The notes beneath the pieces are model-generated. The model did not search any database. It was not told the DNA's origin and saw only the letters and a list, made by a program, of their open reading frames with translations. Made by a program: the position numbers and the translations under genes. Of a stretch of DNA of 64,000 nt, positions 56,390 to 64,000 are shown piece after piece. This stretch comes from Octopus vulgaris (lineage: Eukaryota), in assembly GCA_951406725.2 (NCBI GenBank), contig OX597821.1, positions 35,526,001 through 35,590,000 of the forward strand. The letters run 5' to 3'. Every line of letters starts with the position of its first letter. Position 1 is the stretch's first letter.

Positions 56390-57467
56390 ACACACACACA
56401 CACACACACACATACACACACACACGCGCAGAGCACTATTGTTTGACTGTATTTGCATGTTCGATAGGACGCTGAGTAGTATCACTCGGAAATATTTATT
56501 CTCTATAAATATTTAGTATATAAAGGACAATAATTTTAGGGGACGCACATAGGATATTTGTATACTGATTTCTACTATAGGCACAAACTCTCACATATAT
56601 TGACTGGGTATCGTCGATTAAGTCAACATCAGTAGTATGTTTTATCGATTCGGAAAGAAGAGAGTTTCACGTTTATATAGGTGAACAACGATTCTGCCAT
56701 AGTAATTGCTTTTCCTGTATTATCAGCTGATGCAAACAAATTGAAACTAGCGCATACATTAGTTTCACCGCGGACGTATCAATTAGTGCAGCTCTTTTCC
56801 AACATTTTCATCGAGTAGGTTTTATCGTGGTATTTATAGAAAAGTATTACAATGGACTTGATTCAACTCTAGTAATTTTTTAAAATCAGGACCCAAATCT
56901 GTTTCACCACTTTGGAAAGTTAAATCATTGATTTGTTGAATTCACTATTACATTTGTTGCTGGCAATAACATTGTAAAGGAATGTATATTGGGAACTGAA
57001 TCGAATCTTGATTCATCAAATACTTATAGATAATTTATCTTCCCTTGTAAAGGAAAAGTTACTTTGACTGAAGCTAGAGATGAAACATGATTTGAACTTT
57101 ATACTGTACTTTCTGTTGTGCCAAACACTTTGATTTAACACAAAAAGTCAAAATATTGTGATGATGATACGAACATGTAATAGAATAGATTTCTTTTTAT
57201 TATGCATCTGTCCTTTAGCTCAGCCCTAAATTCTTATTTTTTAGTATTTATGTTACTTCTTAGAAGATTGATAAATAAACGGAAATGGTTCCAAACACCA
57301 ATTGTCTATATTTACTGCAGAAATAAATTATTGTCATATAATTTGGTAGAAAAGCACAAGTATGTAAAGAAACAATTTGAAAAACATTTTTCCAGTACAT
57401 TCAAGTTATACATATCGTAACCAGGAATATTAGCAGAATAATTTCATTCAGAAATATTGCTTTTGAA

Positions 57468-57672
57468 TGTTGGCACAAAGTAAACAATTTCGGTTAGTGA
57501 GATTAGACAATTACATTGACCCCAGTGCACAACTGCTATTTATTTTATCGACCAGGAAATTAAGAAAGGCAAAGTCGACATTGGCAGTGTTTGATCTCAG
57601 AAAATAAAGTCGGGAAGCTGGCTCTAAGCAATATTTTCGGCGTGATAACGATTCTGCCAGTTCGCCGCCTTC
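57468..57672 (-). mobile_element. SINE fragment, family C
   Basis: TTATTTTATCGACC..GAAAGGCAAAGTCGAC..TAACGATTCTGCCAGTTCGCCGCCTT. Confidence 0.7.
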
Positions 57673-57756
57673 TTTCTTTTAGAAATATTGGTTTCAAATT
57701 TTGGCACTAGGTCAATAATTTCGGGAAATATTTATATATACATATGCATATATTTA

Positions 57757-57851
<95 letters not shown>

Positions 57852-59898
57852 TATGGGCACATACGTAGACTCGTTGTGAAGTGCAGTCTCTCAAGTTAGG
57901 TGTCAATACCAAGTTTAAGTCATTTTGTTTCAGCTAAAAGTTAATATCCTGAAAATGCACAAGAATGATATAAGTTCTCGTTTACCCGTTTATATAATGT
58001 TTTCTGCATGTCATGGAGACCTCGATATTGCTTGGATTTGATATCTAACATATCTACAGTGCTTCCCATTTAAAGAAGAGTTATAATTGATCATATCGAT
58101 CGATACTGGACTATACTTATTTATCGATTAAACAAGTGTAATAAGTAAAGCTGATTTCAGTTGGATAGTAACTCATAATGGCTGAACATCATGTTGGCTA
58201 AATCTTTGATTTGATTTTGATTCTTGTTTCATCCTGTCATTATGAAATTGTAGTATTAATGCTGCCTGGAAACGTATGAACGTTACAAAAAGTTATTTCC
58301 GCAAAATTACAAACCTTGTAACTAGTCAAGTACCTATATTTGTTTTCTAATTTAACATTCATTTTAAAAACAAGATGAAATTGTTTCTCAATGGAAATTT
58401 ACCAAATTTCAGTGTGGACTTCTACTAGTTAGCGTTCTGCTTTGAAAAGGCAGGCAGTTGCAGCAACACATTATGAAGAGCAGCGAACAAAATGAGGCAA
58501 GTGAGTCATCTTGGTCATTCACTGTACACGTCTTCTGTCCAAGTCGTCTTAGCCTGGTATTGTCACTGGGTTGAAGATAGTCCCGGACGAGATAATTAGT
58601 TTCACAAAGTGCAAATTTTCTTCACTTTAAACAAAGTTACTTTGCAAGTTACCAGCCAGCCTTGGATAAGTAGATGGTACTGGTCACTGCGACAGACGGA
58701 CGGACATGTGAGATCAAGAAAATGTCATTCTTCCTAATTCTTTAGTTGCTCCTATCCATATAAAGCTTGACTGGTATTTTCTATTTGCTAATGCTATTCT
58801 GAGTTGCCTCTCCACTCAGTAAAGTTGAAATACAAGTCGACTCCACAATGATTTGAACGCATAATTTAAGGGATTAAAATCGGAAATTCCATTGTCATTC
58901 TTGCCATTATATTAAATTTTATCTGTGAAACGCAAAGCTGCTGAGATTGTGAAACCTGATAATTAAGAGAATTTATTGAGAGACTATCGCAAAATTTAAA
59001 TAATAGATTTATAAACGTTTCTTTCAAATGTTATTTGTCAATATGGTATTAGCGTAATTTCTTTCAGAAATAATTTTGTTAGTGTACAAATAGTCTCTAT
59101 TTAAATCTAATGATTGCTTATAATAACCAGTGTCTGGTATCAATACTGCCGCCCAAGAAAGAACAAGATTTTTCTCAATCTCCAGCTAAAACAATTAGGC
59201 CCGAGCATGATGTATAATTAGCGGCTATCAGTCGATCACATTTTTCTTTTCAGTGACAATTTTCTTTTCTGACTGATTTCGCTTGCTGATACACAAATTC
59301 TAAAGTGATAAATCGCTAACATTTCATTTTGTTTTATTTTTCTATATATAACATTCAATCGTATTTTCTCGAATTTTTCTTCTTTCTTCCACTCTCTGTC
59401 ACTATCGATGTATGTCACCGTATCTGTTGCAATTTCGGTTTATGCATTACATGGTCTCATACCGTCTTCCAAATGACTACAGCAAAGGACAAGCACACCA
59501 ATACTCAAGTAATTCCTACAATAAAAATACCTACTTGTGTTTTCTGTTTCCTTATATACATGATGATTCATTGGGGCGCTAACTACCTTTCTATCATCAA
59601 GTGGCATGGGTTATGTGTTGAGTTAACGCAGTCTTTAACAGAAAGTGAAATATTTGTATACATATATTTTGACAGCGCTCTAAAAAAATGCATAACGAGA
59701 TTAAAAGTTTTCTAGCCATGATCATCCATTTATATATAGGTATATGCATAGAAGATGATAATACACTATGTGTACCTTCTTAGAGATTGGTGGTGGGGTG
59801 TGTGAATGTCAGGAATATTTAAATCTATTTCTGATACGTTGACCTACTCATACACAAACGCATGTATAAAAGATATATATATATATATATATATATAT

Positions 59899-60055
59899 AA
59901 GCATGGCCGTCTGGTAATAAGCTTGCTTTCCAGCCACACGGTTTCGGGTTCAATACCACCACGTGGCATCATGGGAAACTGTCTTCTACTATGACCTTGG
60001 TCTGAAGCGATAGAATTGAGTGGATTTCGTAGATGGAGGCCGAATGATGCCCAAC

Positions 60056-60099
<44 letters not shown>

Positions 60100-60514
60100 T
60101 TTTAATTGTTTCAGGCATTTGACTGTGGCTATGCTGGAGCACTGCCTTTAGTCGTACAAATCGACCCGCTAAGTTGTGGAGGCGTAAACGCACCAACATT
60201 GGTTGTCAAGCGATGGTGGGTTGGAAAAACATAGACACATAAATATATACATATATATTTTAAGTGCAGGATTGGCTGTATGGTAAGACGCTTGCTTCCC
60301 AACCACATGGTTCCGGGTTCAGTACCACTCCGTAGCACTATAGGCAAGTGTCTTCTATTGTAGCCTCGGCTTATAGTATGTATATATACATGCAATAATA
60401 ATATTGGGGAGTATATCCAAACTTACAGGAAAAATTAAATTTAGGATTAAATATTTAAATACTTAAATCTATTTCTGACACGTTGACCTACTCATACGCA
60501 AACGCATATATAAA

Positions 60515-60583
<69 letters not shown>

Positions 60584-60737
60584 TTTAGGCGCAAGCATGG
60601 CTGTCTGGTAAGAAGCTTATCTCTAATTTAATTTTTATATATACATATATATTTATATATATAAATATATATCCGATGGGCTTCTTTCAGTTTCCCTCTA
60701 CCAGATCCTCTCGCAAGGCTTCGGTCGGCTGAGGCTA
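59899..60737. mobile_element. Cluster of rearranged SINE family A fragments in both orientations
   Basis: Heads at about 59899, 60263 and 60586 (+), a tail at about 60098-60225 (-), and a body at about 60672-60737 (-). Confidence 0.7.
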
Positions 60738-60966
60738 TGTCGTTGAAGGTTCGAAATAGGGAATAATTAACAGTCGACAACTGAGGAGTGATTATACTTC
60801 TTTAGGTAGTTTGTCCCGTACTTGCCTCTCATTATTTGTTTACGTATTTTTCACTCGTTGGTGATATCCTGTTCTTTTTGTATATTTTTGGGAAATTTGT
60901 CTTGTACTTATCGCTCGTGTGTCTACGTATCTATCAGTCCTTGGTAATGTTCTGTACTTGAAGTAT

Positions 60967-61064
<98 letters not shown>

Positions 61065-61135
61065 TGTGTGTGTGTATGTATGTATGTATGTATGTATGTT
61101 TGTAAAGCTGGACTTGTAGTCACAAAGCGAGGCAG

Positions 61136-61415
61136 ATGAGTGACAATCTGGCCACTGGTGGTGTAACATACCATACTAATCATATATGTCGGGCATGTGG
61201 AAGAGAGTTTAATTCGGCAGGAGGACTTAAACGACATGCAAAGGTATATGAAGCCCAGTTAAAACTACAGCTGGCTATTACCGGTAAAGGTTTTAGTTGC
61301 CAATTCTGTACAAGACATTGTATATCTTTAGCTGGGCTAAAAAGTTACATTCGATCACAGCACCAATAACAGTTAAGCTTCGTGCAATGGCCATACTCGA
61401 TAACGAGGGAGCAAC

Positions 61416-61417
<2 letters not shown>
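61136..61417 (+). mobile_element. RTE-type LINE 3' end encoding two degenerate C2H2-like fingers
   Basis: [44 protein letters not shown], then a short UTR (GGCCATACTCGATAACGAGGGAGCAACC) and (TA)n. Flanked by microsatellites. Confidence 0.65.
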
Positions 61418-61488
<71 letters not shown>

Positions 61489-61571
61489 TATACATATATG
61501 TATATACATATATATATATATACATACATACATATATATATATACATATATATGCATATATATACATACAT

Positions 61572-61646
<75 letters not shown>

Positions 61647-62444
61647 AAGAGAGATGTGTGATAGATATATAGATGGCTAGATATGTAAATAGATAGATAC
61701 ATCGATAGATAGAGAGTTAGATAGATGCGTATTCATATATATGTATATATATACGTTCATGCATATATCACGTGATCATTGATAGAACAGACTGTCGTAT
61801 ACATAGCTTCCGACTTCAGCGTGGAGAGATTAAGACATAAGACGGATTTACGCTAATGTTTATATGCACCCACTACTGCTTGCATGTCCTTGACATTTTG
61901 TACATTCCTTCTGCAAACATTAAAAACCATTGAGTAATTCCGAACCACAGAAACAAGTATCGGACCCAGAATGCCAAGCTCCTTCCCTCAGTTTTCTGTA
62001 TTTTTTGTACTCCATGTCACTCTGGTCTGCAACTATATAAATATTTATATATCTATATATGAATGTTCATTTGAATATTTCCTGCATTTGTGTCTCTTTA
62101 TATAAATCCCTATATATACATTCACACGTATGTATGCATGTATATTTTATATATCAAATCTAAGCGTGTTTGCTTGATTATTTGCATCATTATCTCCATA
62201 ACAGTTCATCTTATAGTCAATCCTATTCCCCGATTACAACTTCGGAGTGCATGTTCAAATCATTTGAACACTGCTACATGTTTTCTATACTGAGCATTTT
62301 TGGATCTTCCTTGTGGATTCTCTCTCCCTTACTCTCTCTCTCTCTCTCCTTCTCTCATTCCCCATCTCTCTTCACAACCATCCACACAGAAACACACACA
62401 CACACAGGCATATATATTTTATATCGTCTTTAGATGGGATGAGT

Positions 62445-62763
62445 AAAGATCTTCTTCAGTCGTGAATGAGCATGGGATAGCACTTAAAATGTTTCCCTCC
62501 GAGGCACAAGTCCGGACAAGAACAGAGCAGTAATCGCCTATGCACGCCAGTCTGCTCTCTCCGCGCCACCGATGTTAACCAAGGCAAAATCTAATTCAGC
62601 TTGACACCAAAACATCGCAACTCATTTCTACAGCTGAGTGTGAACTGGAGCAACGTGAAATATAGTGTCTTACTCAAGAACACAACACACAGGTCGGTCC
62701 AGGAATCAAACTCACTACATTATGATTGTGAACCAGATTATAAGGCTCTGAGCCATGCGTCTT
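62445..62763 (-). mobile_element. tRNA-derived SINE, family D
   Basis: Homologous to 47905-48200, ending in CTGAGCCATGCGTCT (reverse head). Confidence 0.8.
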
Positions 62764-63269
62764 ATAGAAAGGGAGGTAGATAGATATACGGGATATCATT
62801 TTCTAAATATAATTCGGAAATATGATCATAAAATTAGCAAATACATTTAGTACATAGCTCTAGGCGTATTCTGAGATATAATATTCTTGTAAAAACTTGT
62901 TTCCAAATTAAAAAAATGATGTCTTGTAGAGAATATAAATATCGAAAGATTTGTCAAAATTAAAAACAGTCATGTTTTTTGTAACAACTAAAACGTTTAT
63001 CGTATTTTCCTTTCGATTTCCATTAAAATTGTTGGCATACATTGTGGGGAAGAAAAAGTGATAATACCTCTTATTTATACAGTATAATTGGTCTTTTAAT
63101 TTTTCCATCAGCCCTAACACTTCTTTCTGGTTTGGTTTCTTTTTTTCTTATTCCAGTATTTTTTCTGCAACTTATTTCCGTTTCTTTCTTTTTTTTTTAT
63201 TGGCGACTTCTTTTTCCTTTCGTTATTTTCATCATTTTGCCTTTTCTTGTTTCTCTTCTATACTTTTGA

Positions 63270-63270
<1 letters not shown>

Positions 63271-63300
<30 letters not shown>

Positions 63301-63334
63301 CTTCTTCTTCTTCTTCTTCTTCTTCTCTTCTTCT

Positions 63335-63366
<32 letters not shown>

Positions 63367-63819
63367 TTCTTCTCTTCTTCTTCTTCTTCTTCTTCTTCTT
63401 CTTCTTCTTCTATTTTCTTCTTCTTCTTCTTCTTCTTCTTCTTCTTCCTTCTTCTTCTTCTTCTTCTTCTTCTTCTTCTTCTTCTTCTTCTATTTCTTCT
63501 TCTTCTTCTTCTTCTTCTTCTTCTTCTTCTTCTTCTTCTTCTTCTTCTTCTTCTTCTTCTTCTTCTTCTTCTTCTTCTTCTTCTTCTTCTTCTTCTTCTT
63601 CTTCTTCTTCTTCTTCTTCTTCTTCTTCTTCTTCTTCTTCTTCTTCTTCTTCTTCTTCTTCTTCTTCTTCTATTTCCTCTTCTTCTTCTTCTTCTTCTTC
63701 TTCTTCTTCTCCTCCTTCTTTTTCTTCTTCTTCTTCTTCTTCTTCTTCTATTTCCTCTTCTTCTTCTTCTTCTTCTCCTTCTCCTCCTCCTCCTCCTCCT
63801 CCTTCTCCTTCTCCTTCTT

Positions 63820-63848
<29 letters not shown>
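63271..63848. repeat. About 580-bp (CTT)n polypyrimidine microsatellite
   Basis: Read directly, with sparse CTATTT and CCT interruptions. Confidence 0.97.
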
Positions 63849-63850
<2 letters not shown>

Positions 63851-63931
63851 ACATTGTATCACTGTAATCTTCAACATATTTTATGCGCTGTCTTTTCATA
63901 TATGTGTGTGTGTGTGTGTTGTCTCTGATTA

Positions 63932-63971
<40 letters not shown>

Positions 63972-64000
63972 TGTGGGGAAAAAAAGCATTTTATAAAATG

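Noticed and set aside
60750-60795. GAAA..GUC..CUGAGGA in type II hammerhead order
   Set aside because: Stems I and III cannot form.
1653-62433. The many YIYI, CVCV and HTHT ORFs
   Set aside because: Products of (TA)n, (TG)n and (CATA)n microsatellites. Small host exons cannot be excluded without RNA-seq.
63200-63989. ORFs of more than 200 aa (poly-F, poly-L, poly-R)
   Set aside because: Translations of (CTT)n.

Overview
AT-rich, repeat-dense eukaryotic non-coding DNA. The SINE families and extreme microsatellite load resemble those I recall from Octopus (cephalopod) genomes; this is an inference, not a search result. I find no convincing host protein-coding exon, and nearly all listed ORFs are microsatellite artefacts. 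The window holds one full-length but inactivated mariner element (45798-47079), Tc1/mariner pseudogene remnants, RTE, CR1 and restriction-like-endonuclease LINE fragments, several tRNA-derived SINE families and many simple repeats. The most interesting signal is a set of short, mutually unrelated non-coding elements, mostly abutting (TA)n tracts, that carry type I hammerhead-ribozyme motifs. These have a minimal, near-palindromic stem III and often an unusually long stem II. Two motifs have intact cores (7588-7687 and 29264-29356, both minus strand) and several are degenerate. One lies in an 800-bp element made of a 596-nt unit plus a 204-bp terminal direct repeat, as expected for a retrozyme or Penelope-like pseudo-LTR element; another lies in a fold-back element. 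All folds and translations were done by eye and most repeat boundaries are approximate.
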